This document shows positions 1 to 8,946 of a stretch of 64,000 bases of DNA, piece after piece. The notes under the pieces were generated by a model. The model worked only from the letters and a program-made list of their open reading frames with translations. It did not search any database and was not told the DNA's origin. The translations under genes and the position numbers were made by a program. The DNA is from an uncultured Actinomycetota bacterium (GTDB lineage: Bacteria; Actinomycetota; Actinomycetes; JAFAQI01). Each line of letters opens with the position of its first letter. The stretch's first letter is position 1. Location: the NCBI GenBank assembly GCA_963770565.1, contig CAVYQE010000002.1, forward strand, positions 480,001-544,000, written 5' to 3'.

Positions 1-798
1 GCGATCCTCGTTGCGACGAAGCTCTTCGCGGTAGCGGGCGACGAGGAGCAACGCGTAGTCGGTGCCGGCACCAAAGACGAGCACGGTCAAGATGCCCGCG
101 CTCTGCGCATTGACCGTGAGGCCGGCGTGCGCGGCGAGCAGATAGATCACCGCCTCCGCGACGGCGAGCGCGACGCCCGCGCCGGTCACCGGCAGCAGCC
201 AGAGCAGGGGACTCCGATATGTCAGCAGCAAGATCACGGTGACCACAGCAATCGCCGCCCAGAGCAGCGTGCCATCGATACCGGCGAACGCATTCGAGGA
301 CGCCGCTGCGTAACCCGCGGGCCCGGTCACGTACACCGAAAGGCCAGGGTCGCCTCGCGCGATCGTCAGCACCTGGTTGACGACCTGACTCGATCGCTTC
401 CAGCCATTGGGTCCCAGGTCGTACGGTACGACGACCTCCGCTGCCTGCCGGTCCGCGGAAATGACCGGCCCGGCGACCGGACCGTCAGTCTTGGCTATGC
501 CCGGAAACCGGGCAGCGTTCGCGGTGATGTGCGCCCGGTCGGCCGCAGTGAGTCCGCTCGTGCGGTTGTACACAACAACCGCGTCGATCAGGTTGGGCGA
601 AGTGAACGCGGCCTGGCGGTCGAGCACCTTTGTCGATTCGGCGCTGCCCGGCAACCAACTCATGGCCTCGTTGTGCTCGGCTCCGCCGAGTCGTCCGGCG
701 AGCGGTGCCGCGATGCAGACCAGTGCGACCCAGAACGCAACGACGACAACCTTGCCGCGGCGCCCGACAATCAGCCGAATTATGCGGTCAATCTTCAT
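1..798 (-). CDS. MMPL/RND family transporter (3' end runs off the window)
   Basis: Manual translation MKIDRIIRLIVGRRGKVVVVAFWVALV...VYVTGPAG...LLLTYRSPLLWLLP...LVFGAGTDYALLLVARYREELRR; GxGTDY...RYREE is the MMPL TM4 motif. Not in the ORF track because it is truncated. Confidence 0.9.
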   Translation of the reverse strand, partial: MKIDRIIRLIVGRRGKVVVVAFWVALVCIAAPLAGRLGGAEHNEAMSWLPGSAESTKVLDRQAAFTSPNLIDAVVVYNRTSGLTAADRAHITANAARFPGIAKTDGPVAGPVISADRQAAEVVVPYDLGPNGWKRSSQVVNQVLTIARGDPGLSVYVTGPAGYAAASSNAFAGIDGTLLWAAIAVVTVILLLTYRSPLLWLLPVTGAGVALAVAEAVIYLLAAHAGLTVNAQSAGILTVLVFGAGTDYALLLVARYREELRRNEDR

Positions 799-1012
799 GG
801 CCCAACCCGTAGGGAAAGCGTCGACAACCGGTCACGTCGATCCTGGTCGAATCGCGTGACCCCGCGCCAGGGACGAAGGTCACCCATCATCGACGCAGTC
901 GCATCGCACGGCTGATGGTGCTGAAGATCACAGCTGTCGGCATCAATCTCGGGACCTTCGTCCCTGCCAGCCGCTACGGCAATTCGCCATCATGGAGGGT
1001 GAGGAGGCAGCC

Positions 1013-1312
1013 ATGAGCGTCGAAAGCATGGAGCGGCCTGGACTCGAGACACAGCGGAACCAGGCGGAACGCGCCGCGGCAATCAGACGAATCCAGAACA
1101 AACGCGAGTTGATGACACATGCCGTGTCGTTCGTCGTCATCAACGCGGTGGTCGTGGTCATCTGGCTCACTACCGGTGGCGGCTACTTCTGGCCGGGCTG
1201 GCTGATCGGGCTCTGGGCCGCGGGGTTGATCCTCCACGCGTGGGACGTGCTCAGGCGGCGCCCGATCACCGAAGCTCAGATCGACGCCGAACTTCAACGC
1301 ATGCAGCGTTAA
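1013..1312 (+). CDS. 2TM-domain small membrane protein
   Basis: HAVSFVVINAVVVVIW...GYFWPGWLIGLWAAGLILHAW...ITEAQIDAE pattern; GAGGAGG RBS before ATG 1013. Confidence 0.8.
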   Translation: MSVESMERPGLETQRNQAERAAAIRRIQNKRELMTHAVSFVVINAVVVVIWLTTGGGYFWPGWLIGLWAAGLILHAWDVLRRRPITEAQIDAELQRMQR

Positions 1313-1319
1313 GACCCTT

Positions 1320-1380
1320 GTTGATCATGGCGTTTGACGCGATCTGAAGCCCGATTTGGCCGCTGTTCGCCATGATCAAC
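1320..1380. repeat. Family A palindromic element, copy A1 (61 bp)
   Basis: GTTGATCATGGCG ... CGCCATGATCAAC terminal inverted repeats; the right arm contains the stop codon of the 1376 gene. Confidence 0.9.
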
Positions 1381-1870
1381 TGGGCGGGAGCTGTTGGTAG
1401 ACACCGACCAGCAGGCCGTAGCGCGGCTGGTCGGCACCGGCCTCTTCCGCATCGACGACGAGCTCAGCGAGGCTGGCGGCGATCGCCTCAGCCTGCTTCG
1501 TCGTGAGTCGCAGGTGCCGCAGTGTCAGCAAGGGCTCCGGCGCCGCGTCGGCGATTTCGGCGGCCACCGCTTGAAGGGCGGCAGCGATCGGAGCCGGCTG
1601 GTCGTCGGGGATCCTCATGACCGGTGCGACCCGCTGGTAGTAGCGCTCGGTTCCGCCGCGCACGGTCCGAGTGGACACGAGTGTGACGAGGCCGGCATCG
1701 CAGAGCGACTTCAAGTGGTGCGCGACGTTGCCCTTGTTGGTGCCGACCACACTCGCGAGCTGGCTGATCGTTGCCGGCTCGCTCAGCTCGAACAGCAGCC
1801 GCTGCCGGGTCGGGTGCGAGAGCGCCTTGAAATGCGCGGGCTGAGAAAGCTCCATCGGTCGGTCGGTCAC
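1376..1870 (-). CDS. ArsR-type winged-helix transcriptional regulator
   Basis: KALSHPTRQRLL...ATISQLA...NVAHHLKSLCDAGLV...RTVRGGTERYY; start GTG 1870 or ATG 1855. Confidence 0.85.
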   Translation of the reverse strand: MTDRPMELSQPAHFKALSHPTRQRLLFELSEPATISQLASVVGTNKGNVAHHLKSLCDAGLVTLVSTRTVRGGTERYYQRVAPVMRIPDDQPAPIAAALQAVAAEIADAAPEPLLTLRHLRLTTKQAEAIAASLAELVVDAEEAGADQPRYGLLVGVYQQLPPS

Positions 1871-1874
1871 GAAC

Positions 1875-1920
1875 TCAAGTGTTGATGCTTCTTGACGCTT
1901 TCGCAAGCCGATGGTTTCCT
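1875..1920. promoter_or_regulatory. Candidate operator (TCAAG-N11-CTTGA) overlapping a putative -35 TTGACG of the S41 peptidase gene
   Basis: Inverted repeat 1875-1879/1891-1895 between divergent regulator and peptidase; TTGACG 1892, 17-bp spacer, weak -10 TTTCCT 1915-1920, GTG 7 nt later. Confidence 0.4.
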
Positions 1921-1927
1921 CGACGCC

Positions 1928-2836
1928 GTGAACCGCAACGAGACCTCCGGAGTCATCGACGAGGTGATCCGGCTAATGGAGGCGCACTATCTCGACCCCG
2001 TGGTCGCTGCCGAGATCGTGCGCATCCTCAGAGCCCGACCCGCCGACGAGCCCTATCCCTCAGATCCAGCCGCGCTCGCCGATGCCGTGACCGCAGATCT
2101 CCAGTCGGTCAACGGCGACAAGCACCTCAGGCTGATCCATCACGAGAACGCACTGCCCGAACGTGCGCCCGGCGACGATGCCGAGGAATACGCGGCGATG
2201 GCGCGCTGGGTCGACCAGACCTGCGCCGGGATCTCCAGGGTCGAGGCGCTGCCGGACAACGTGGGGTACGTCGAGATCCATCCGGTCCTGTTTCCGGTCG
2301 CGCTCGCCGGCGACGCGGTCTCCGCGGCGATGAGCCTGGTCGCGTCCACAGACGCGCTGATCATCGACGTACGCCGCTGCCTTGGCGGTGAGCCGGCCAT
2401 GGTCGCGTGGTTGTGCAGCTACCTCTACGACCGCGATCCTGTTCAGCTGACCGGCCTCCAAGAGCGCGCCGTCGTCACCCAGTCCTGGACCCTTCCGTTC
2501 GTCCCGGGCCGACGGTTCGGCGCGTCCAAACCGGTCTATGTGCTGACGAGCGCAACGACGTTCTCCGGAGGGGAGCAGCTGAGCTACGACCTGCAGCAGC
2601 TCGGCCGCGCCACGATCGTCGGCGAGACGACCCGAGGTGGCGCACATGCCCGCGAGGGTTTCCGGGTGCACCCACACCTCGAGGTGACGATCTCGGTCGC
2701 CCGCGGTCACAACCCGATTTCCGGCGGCAACTGGGAAGGCACCGGCGTCACGCCTGACGTCGCAGTACCTGCGGACGAGGCACTGGCCTGCGCACAGTCC
2801 CTCGCGCGCGATCATCTCGGCGCGGACGTCGGATAG
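1928..2836 (+). CDS. S41 family peptidase (IRBP-like)
   Basis: LIIDVRRCLGGEP, VYVLTSATTFSGGE, IVGETTRGGAH, NWEGTGVTPDV motifs; ORF track start 1892, GTG 1928 preferred. Confidence 0.9.
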   Translation: MNRNETSGVIDEVIRLMEAHYLDPVVAAEIVRILRARPADEPYPSDPAALADAVTADLQSVNGDKHLRLIHHENALPERAPGDDAEEYAAMARWVDQTCAGISRVEALPDNVGYVEIHPVLFPVALAGDAVSAAMSLVASTDALIIDVRRCLGGEPAMVAWLCSYLYDRDPVQLTGLQERAVVTQSWTLPFVPGRRFGASKPVYVLTSATTFSGGEQLSYDLQQLGRATIVGETTRGGAHAREGFRVHPHLEVTISVARGHNPISGGNWEGTGVTPDVAVPADEALACAQSLARDHLGADVG

Positions 2837-2869
2837 CCGGCAGCTCGGAGGCTCAGGCGCTCGCCACGG

Positions 2870-4144
2870 TCACGAGTCGTGAAGGGCGTAGATGTCGAGC
2901 GTCGACGATTCGGGCACCCGGTTCGGCGCCCTGACCACAGCGATCCGACCATCTCCGATCGCAAGCCCGCTCGTGGCGAACGGCCACAGCCGGGTGATGA
3001 CCTGCCCGCTCGACGCACTCAGAACCTTTCCGTCAGCCAGGTACAGCACGCGACCAGCCGTCGATGCGAGCGTCGATGAGTCCGCCGTTTGCCACAGCCT
3101 GACACCGGTCATCTCGAGATAACCGCAGACCACCGACGCCCCGCACTTGACGTACACGGCGCGATCGTCGACGGCCAGCACGTTTGTAGCTCCCGAAAGG
3201 TGGAATCGCGTGATCCCGGTCGTGGCGTCAAGATCGCTGATCGAGTCATTCCCGCTGAGACCGTTGATCACGTACACGTGCCCGTCGGCTCCGTCGTCGC
3301 TGCCGCGGATGACCCGCCAGCGCCCGGGACGCGTCCAGATCCGCTCACCGGAGATCAGACTGAGCGCTTCGAGTGACGTCGAGCCGGCGCCGCGGTCGCA
3401 GGCCGTGACAATCACCAGGCTGTGTACCACGGCCAGTGGCTGGTGGCTCGCGCAATCCTGGTGTTGGGTCCAGAGCAGCTGCCCGGAGAAGGCCTTGTAG
3501 ACCGAGATGGTCTGTCCGTCGCCGGCGGCTGGACCAGTTTCGACGAGAAACGGCTTGGACTCCACCATTTCGGCGACCGGGCCCAGCTCCGGGCAGTTGT
3601 TGGGTGGGCAGGACGACTGTCCCGGACCGATCGCCCAGGCGGGTTTGCCGGTCGCTGTGTTGAAGGCGTACATCACGCCGGCGTCAGGCGCGTTCCGACA
3701 CTCACGTCCGGACACGACGACCAGACCCTCGCCAACCGCCAGGGACGAGAGCTCGATCGCGCGCGCAGAGTTTGGTTTTGCTCGCCAGACAAGCGCTCCG
3801 GTCTGCGCGTTGTACATTGTGACCTGGCCGTTTTCGATCGCGAACAGCCGACTGCTGGTGAAGGCGGGCGAGCGCATCAGCGGGCGCCCCGGGCAACGCG
3901 ATGCATCAGTCGGAGCCGCGAGAACCTTCCAGAGCGCCGTGTGCGCCACCGTCTGAGGGGTCAGCGTCGACTCGATTGGGTTGGCCCGACTCAGCGCGGC
4001 GTCACCGTCGGTCTGCGCCCACGGAAGTGCCGTCGGTCCCGACACTGGCCGAAGCTCCCCCGTGACGTCGAGAAGGCCGATCGCGACGACCGCCGAAACC
4101 GCCATGGAGATCCCGACACCGAACACCCGCCACATCACCCTCAT
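2870..4144 (-). CDS. Secreted PQQ-like beta-propeller repeat protein
   Basis: N-terminal hydrophobic segment; repeated AxTGxxxW blades (NAQTGALVW, NTATGKPAW, AFSGQLLW, LISGERIW, EMTGVRLW). Confidence 0.75.
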   Translation of the reverse strand: MRVMWRVFGVGISMAVSAVVAIGLLDVTGELRPVSGPTALPWAQTDGDAALSRANPIESTLTPQTVAHTALWKVLAAPTDASRCPGRPLMRSPAFTSSRLFAIENGQVTMYNAQTGALVWRAKPNSARAIELSSLAVGEGLVVVSGRECRNAPDAGVMYAFNTATGKPAWAIGPGQSSCPPNNCPELGPVAEMVESKPFLVETGPAAGDGQTISVYKAFSGQLLWTQHQDCASHQPLAVVHSLVIVTACDRGAGSTSLEALSLISGERIWTRPGRWRVIRGSDDGADGHVYVINGLSGNDSISDLDATTGITRFHLSGATNVLAVDDRAVYVKCGASVVCGYLEMTGVRLWQTADSSTLASTAGRVLYLADGKVLSASSGQVITRLWPFATSGLAIGDGRIAVVRAPNRVPESSTLDIYALHDS

Positions 4145-4294
4145 CAGCAGGTTCTCTCAATCGACAACCGCACAGGAGCGTGCCCCCACCTTCGGTGCAG
4201 CCGGCGCCGTCACCATGGGCGGCGACGTCTCAACGTATCTGCGGAGGCAAAGGCTCGTTCGGAATTTGCCGAATTGGCTGCCGATCGACGACGT

Positions 4295-5365
4295 TTACCG
4301 CTGATTGGCGGCCGCCGGCAGGGCCGGCGCCGGCTGGTGCATCGCCATCGGCCGGATTACCCGGCTGATCGTCTGGTCACGCCCGGTGGCCTTGGCGGCG
4401 TACAGCGCTTCGTCGGCGGCGCGGTAGGTGTCGGACGGCGCGCGGCCGACTTCGTGGACCGTGACACCGGCGCTCAAGGTGGCGAGCGGCGCACGAGCCC
4501 GCCACCCCGACACCACGCGATCAACAGATGCGTAAACCTGGGTCCGGTCGGGCTGGCGGAGGATCAGCATGAACTCCTCGCCACCCATCCGCGCGACGTC
4601 GTCGCCGACCCGGACCTGGGCGCGCAGGAACTCACCGAGCTCCTGGAGCACCTGGTCGCCGCGCGCATGGCCGAACCGGTCGTTCACCACTTTGAAGTGG
4701 TCGAGATCGAGCAGCGCCAGCGCATCGCCGGGCTGGAGGCGATCGAGCATCTGGTTGCCGAATCGGCGGTTGCCGAGTCCGGTCAGGTCGTCGGTGAGGT
4801 TTGCTTTCGCGAGTGCATCGACCGCGCGTTGCTGCTCGCGCGCCAGCTTGTGGGTTGCGTCGACGTTGGCGGCGATCACCTCGCCGGCCAGCACGGCGAC
4901 CGGGATGATCAGCACGACCGCGCCGATCGAGCCCGACGCCTCCGGCGCGCCGAATGCATACGGCAGGAGGTACGCCGCAACCGCGAACGGCGACATTGCG
5001 AGGCAGGTCCCGCGCCGATGCCAGGAGCCGATCCAGAGGAAGACCAGCACGAACCAGATCCCCAGCGTCGGCACCGGCAACGCGCCGACGACGTTGTTGA
5101 GTGCGATAGCGGCCATGCCCAGCAGCGCGAGCAGCAGGGACCGGTATCCGGTCAGTCGGTTTGCCAAGCGGGAGAACCCGAGCAGGCCGATCAAGAGGTC
5201 GGCCGAGTCCAGCAGTTTGCTGCCATGACCGACCGCGGCCGGCATGAAGTCAGTGATCAAACCGAGGGCGCCGGCCACGACGAACAGCACCGCGGCCTGC
5301 CGGACGGCGCGATGGTCGGACGAGGGGGCGACGTCACCCTGACGGCGCCTCCAGTGAATCGTCAC
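4295..5365 (-). CDS. Membrane-bound diguanylate cyclase (GGEEF)
   Basis: About six TM helices then TDDLTGLGNRR, DLDHFKVVNDRFGH, RVGD I-site, GGEEF, ADEALYAAK. Confidence 0.92.
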   Translation of the reverse strand: MTIHWRRRQGDVAPSSDHRAVRQAAVLFVVAGALGLITDFMPAAVGHGSKLLDSADLLIGLLGFSRLANRLTGYRSLLLALLGMAAIALNNVVGALPVPTLGIWFVLVFLWIGSWHRRGTCLAMSPFAVAAYLLPYAFGAPEASGSIGAVVLIIPVAVLAGEVIAANVDATHKLAREQQRAVDALAKANLTDDLTGLGNRRFGNQMLDRLQPGDALALLDLDHFKVVNDRFGHARGDQVLQELGEFLRAQVRVGDDVARMGGEEFMLILRQPDRTQVYASVDRVVSGWRARAPLATLSAGVTVHEVGRAPSDTYRAADEALYAAKATGRDQTISRVIRPMAMHQPAPALPAAANQR

Positions 5366-5454
5366 CGCAGGATCATCGGCATTCCGCGTCGGTGACCTAA
5401 CGCCGGCGCTGGCGCAAGCGCACGGGCACGGTTAGGCCGAACGACGTAGTGCGC

Positions 5455-5589
5455 TCAGACGCGGTGTCCGGTCAACACGTGTGCGATACCGACAATCAGG
5501 GCCAGGATCAGGCCGAGCCACAGTATGTGCGCGGCAAAGCCGAGCCCGGCAAACAGGACGAGCAGGATGATGGCGACGATCAACAGCAC
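5455..5589 (-). CDS. 44-aa hydrophobic small membrane protein
   Basis: GTG 5589 after AGGAG RBS; MLLIVAIILLVLFAGLGFAAHILWLGLILALIVGIAHVLTGHRV. Confidence 0.7.
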   Translation of the reverse strand: MLLIVAIILLVLFAGLGFAAHILWLGLILALIVGIAHVLTGHRV

Positions 5590-5647
5590 GGCGGTCTCCT
5601 CAGAGTCGGGCCCGAGGGCCAGGGTAGTTTGGCGTGGATGACGCGAT

Positions 5648-5848
5648 TCACTTGCTGGGTGTCGGGAGCTTGCAGTGCACCTTCGGGTTGGCGCCGACGT
5701 AGTTGAGCGGGCCCGCAACGATCGTGACCGCGGTCGTGCTGTCCTTCGCGCAGTTGGTCGCCTTGCCGCTGTAGTAGTGACGCTGACCGGCAGCCAGCGC
5801 ACCGATGACGAGCCAGACGATCACGAGCATTCCGAGCAGCCTGAACAT
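5648..5848 (-). CDS. 66-aa small secreted/membrane protein with two Cys
   Basis: GGAGG RBS; signal-like N-terminus, then NC...TIVAGPLNYVGANPKVHC. Confidence 0.75.
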   Translation of the reverse strand: MFRLLGMLVIVWLVIGALAAGQRHYYSGKATNCAKDSTTAVTIVAGPLNYVGANPKVHCKLPTPSK

Positions 5849-6026
5849 GTCAAACCTCCCAATCGCGGCGTGCAGGCGTCACGGCTGTGCGATCGGCAGC
5901 ACAGACGTGATGTGAGTACCTCGCCGACGTGGCAACGTCGACAAAGGTGTTAGCGCGAAGCGTCCATGCCAACGACGAAGATCGGCACCGCTTGCATAAC
6001 GAGGTCATACCCCGCCGCGGCGATGA

Positions 6027-6509
6027 TCATGCCTCGGCGCGCGCCTCAATCCGTGATCGACGCACAACGCGGTGACGACGTCGCGGCGCCTGGAGGGACA
6101 ACAAGCCCAGCGCGGCGATCGCGAGCAACGCCGGCGTAAGGAGCAATCGCCAGGTCGATTGCGGCTTCGCCGCCGCGACCGCGGTGCTCAATGTCGAGGG
6201 ATGTGCTGGATCGGTCACCCCGGTGATCGTCGCCCCCGGCCGATAGCGGCGACTGGTGCCACCGATCACGTCGTCGTACCTGACTCCGGCGAGGCTGAAG
6301 GTGCCATGGCACCGATACCCGGCCACCGTAATACCGGTGCCGGACGCCAGCCCCAGACAGTGGGTGACCGTCACCGGCACCGCAACCCCGTGTCGCTGCA
6401 AGCGGTCGGCACGAACGATCTGATGGACCGCGCCGATCCCGAGCACCAACGCGAGAAGCGCGAACACAGAGACGCAGCCAACCGCGGCCACGCGGGCGAC
6501 CCGACCCAC
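6027..6509 (-). CDS. Two-TM membrane protein (DUF3592-like topology)
   Basis: TM - beta-rich loop with two Cys and DPAHP - TM - Arg-rich tail. Confidence 0.6.
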   Translation of the reverse strand: MGRVARVAAVGCVSVFALLALVLGIGAVHQIVRADRLQRHGVAVPVTVTHCLGLASGTGITVAGYRCHGTFSLAGVRYDDVIGGTSRRYRPGATITGVTDPAHPSTLSTAVAAAKPQSTWRLLLTPALLAIAALGLLSLQAPRRRHRVVRRSRIEARAEA

Positions 6510-6567
6510 CTCGACGTCCGCGCCGGCACCACCGCGGATGTAGCCGGTGCCACGGACAACCGCCGAG

Positions 6568-7175
<608 letters not shown>

Positions 7176-7257
7176 CTTCGATCCAATCGTGGTCCGCCCC
7201 GTCGGCCGGGGCTGAGAGCGGAAGCGAGGTGTTGCAGTCGGCACCCGAGGGCTCGCG

Positions 7258-8721
7258 CTAGGCATGAGCGACCCCCACCGGCACCATTCCCTCATCGGAG
7301 GGGTAGGCCTCTTCACCGTGCACGGCGAGGTCGCCCACTTCGAGCTCCTCGTCGCTCATTCGTAGCGAGGTGAACAGGCTGATGACCTTCAAGATGATGA
7401 AGGTGACCAGGGCGTCCCACACGATGATCGTGACTGCGGCGAAGAACTGCAGGAAGAACAGGTGTCGATTGCCGTACAACCATCCGACTACGGCGAACGG
7501 TGATCCGCTCGTCGTCTTCGGATAGACCACGACACTCGGATCGGCGAAGATGCCGACCAGCAGCCCGCCACACAGGCCGGCGATCCCGTGGGTGTAGACG
7601 ACTCCCATCGCGTCGTCGACGTGCCGAAGGACGATCGGTTGAAGGTAGGTCCAGGCGAACCACACGATGACGGACGCGATCGCGGCGGTCAGCATCGCGC
7701 CGAGCCCGTTGACATACCCGGCGCCCGGCGTGATGGCCACCAGCCCGACGATCATGCCGTTGATCGCACCGAGAAGTGTCGGCCTCTTGTCCTTGCTCAG
7801 GAACATGTCGCAGAGCACCCAGGTCAGCAGCGCGGACACGGTTGCCAGGTTGGTGTTGACGACCGCAGCCGCTGCATCAGCGCTCGCGAAGTACGGGTCG
7901 CCTCCGTTGAAGCCGTTCCAGCCCAGCCACACGATGCCGGCGCCGATCGTGATGAGCGGCAGGCTGTGTGGGAGGAACCGCTGCCGGTCACGCGCCAACC
8001 GCGGCCCGATCACCCAGGCCGCGACGAACCCGCTCGTCCCAGCCGCAAGGTGGATCACGTAACCACCGGAGTAGTCGACGGCGCCTTCGTGGCTCCAGTA
8101 GCCGCCACCCCACAGCAACATCGCGTTGACGGCGTACACGAATGTCGTCCAGAGCGGGACGAAGATCATCCACACCTTGACCTTGATCCGGCCGAGGACG
8201 CTGCCCAGGAAGAGCAGCGGCGTGATCGCCGCGAACACGAACTGGAAGTAGAACAGCGCGGTCGAAGCTTGGGTCAGTGGCAGGAACGTGCCGATCGGCA
8301 AGCTCGCCTGTTTGACCTCGTCGCTCCCGTTGAGCGACGTCTCGGGGTGACCGACGAAGTTGTAGAAGAAGTTCTTGAAGAAGTTGCTGCCGTATGTGTA
8401 GTGGTACGTGTTCGCGCTACCGCCGCCGAGGGGCGACCCGAAGCCCATCTTGTAGGCCCACAACACCCACACGACGAGTACGGCGGAGAAGCCGGTGAAG
8501 CACATGAACATCGTGTTCACGGCCCACTTCTTCGGGACCAGCCCGCCGTAAAGGCAGGCCAGACCGGGCAGGCTCATCAACCCGACGAAGGTCGCTGCGG
8601 TGAGCTGCCAGGAGTTGCTCCCGGTGTCCAGCCAGGACGGCTGGCAGGCGGCTGGCGCAGCGGTCGCCGTACACGTGTTGGCGGCCGAGTGCAGCGTTGT
8701 AGCAAGTTCGACGATCAACAA
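7258..8721 (-). CDS. amt: Ammonium transporter (Amt/MEP family)
   Basis: FQFVFAAIT, DYSGGYVIHLAAG, WLGWNGFNGG, GLVAITP, DDAMGVVYTHG; twin His retained; start 8721 or 8718. Confidence 0.97.
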   Translation of the reverse strand: MLIVELATTLHSAANTCTATAAPAACQPSWLDTGSNSWQLTAATFVGLMSLPGLACLYGGLVPKKWAVNTMFMCFTGFSAVLVVWVLWAYKMGFGSPLGGGSANTYHYTYGSNFFKNFFYNFVGHPETSLNGSDEVKQASLPIGTFLPLTQASTALFYFQFVFAAITPLLFLGSVLGRIKVKVWMIFVPLWTTFVYAVNAMLLWGGGYWSHEGAVDYSGGYVIHLAAGTSGFVAAWVIGPRLARDRQRFLPHSLPLITIGAGIVWLGWNGFNGGDPYFASADAAAAVVNTNLATVSALLTWVLCDMFLSKDKRPTLLGAINGMIVGLVAITPGAGYVNGLGAMLTAAIASVIVWFAWTYLQPIVLRHVDDAMGVVYTHGIAGLCGGLLVGIFADPSVVVYPKTTSGSPFAVVGWLYGNRHLFFLQFFAAVTIIVWDALVTFIILKVISLFTSLRMSDEELEVGDLAVHGEEAYPSDEGMVPVGVAHA

Positions 8722-8779
8722 GCCCCCTCAACCAGGAGTCACCCGCTCTGGCGCGGCGCCAGGCTTCATCTCGAGGGGC

Positions 8780-8834
8780 AACCTAGGAACGCCATGTTTC
8801 GCGTCGTTCGCCGCTTTGTTGCGCCCCGGTTAAC
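8780..8834 (-). promoter_or_regulatory. Putative GlnR-type boxes and -10 (TAGGTT) upstream of amt
   Basis: Minus strand TTAAC-n6-GCAAC...CGAAC...GAAAC resembles GlnR a/b sites; TAGGTT at 8785-8780. Confidence 0.5.
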
Positions 8835-8855
8835 TCAAGGCCGGCGAGGCCCCGG

Positions 8856-8942
8856 GCCAAGCAATGTCACATTGCCCCGCACTTCGTGGGGGCAATGTGA
8901 CCCCACCCCCAGGTTTCGCTGGGCAATGTGACATTGCTTGGC
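8856..8942. repeat. Family B triple-core palindromic element, copy B1 (inverted relative to B2-B4)
   Basis: Perfect 22-bp terminal IR GCCAAGCAATGTCACATTGCCC; GT(C/G)AC cores at 8866, 8897, 8928. Confidence 0.95.
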
Positions 8943-8946
8943 GGGG

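Noticed and set aside
3422-5395. 657-aa plus-strand ORF
   Set aside because: Antisense shadow of the propeller and GGDEF genes; Arg/Gly-rich with no motifs, typical of high-GC DNA.
8861-8937. TGTGA/TCACA in family B as CRP sites
   Set aside because: Half-sites are not arranged as TGTGA-N6-TCACA and most copies are at gene 3' ends rather than promoters.
8856-8942. 31-bp periodic elements as mini-CRISPR arrays
   Set aside because: Only three short cores, spacers are self-complementary and shared between copies, the whole unit is an inverted repeat, and there is no leader or cas gene.
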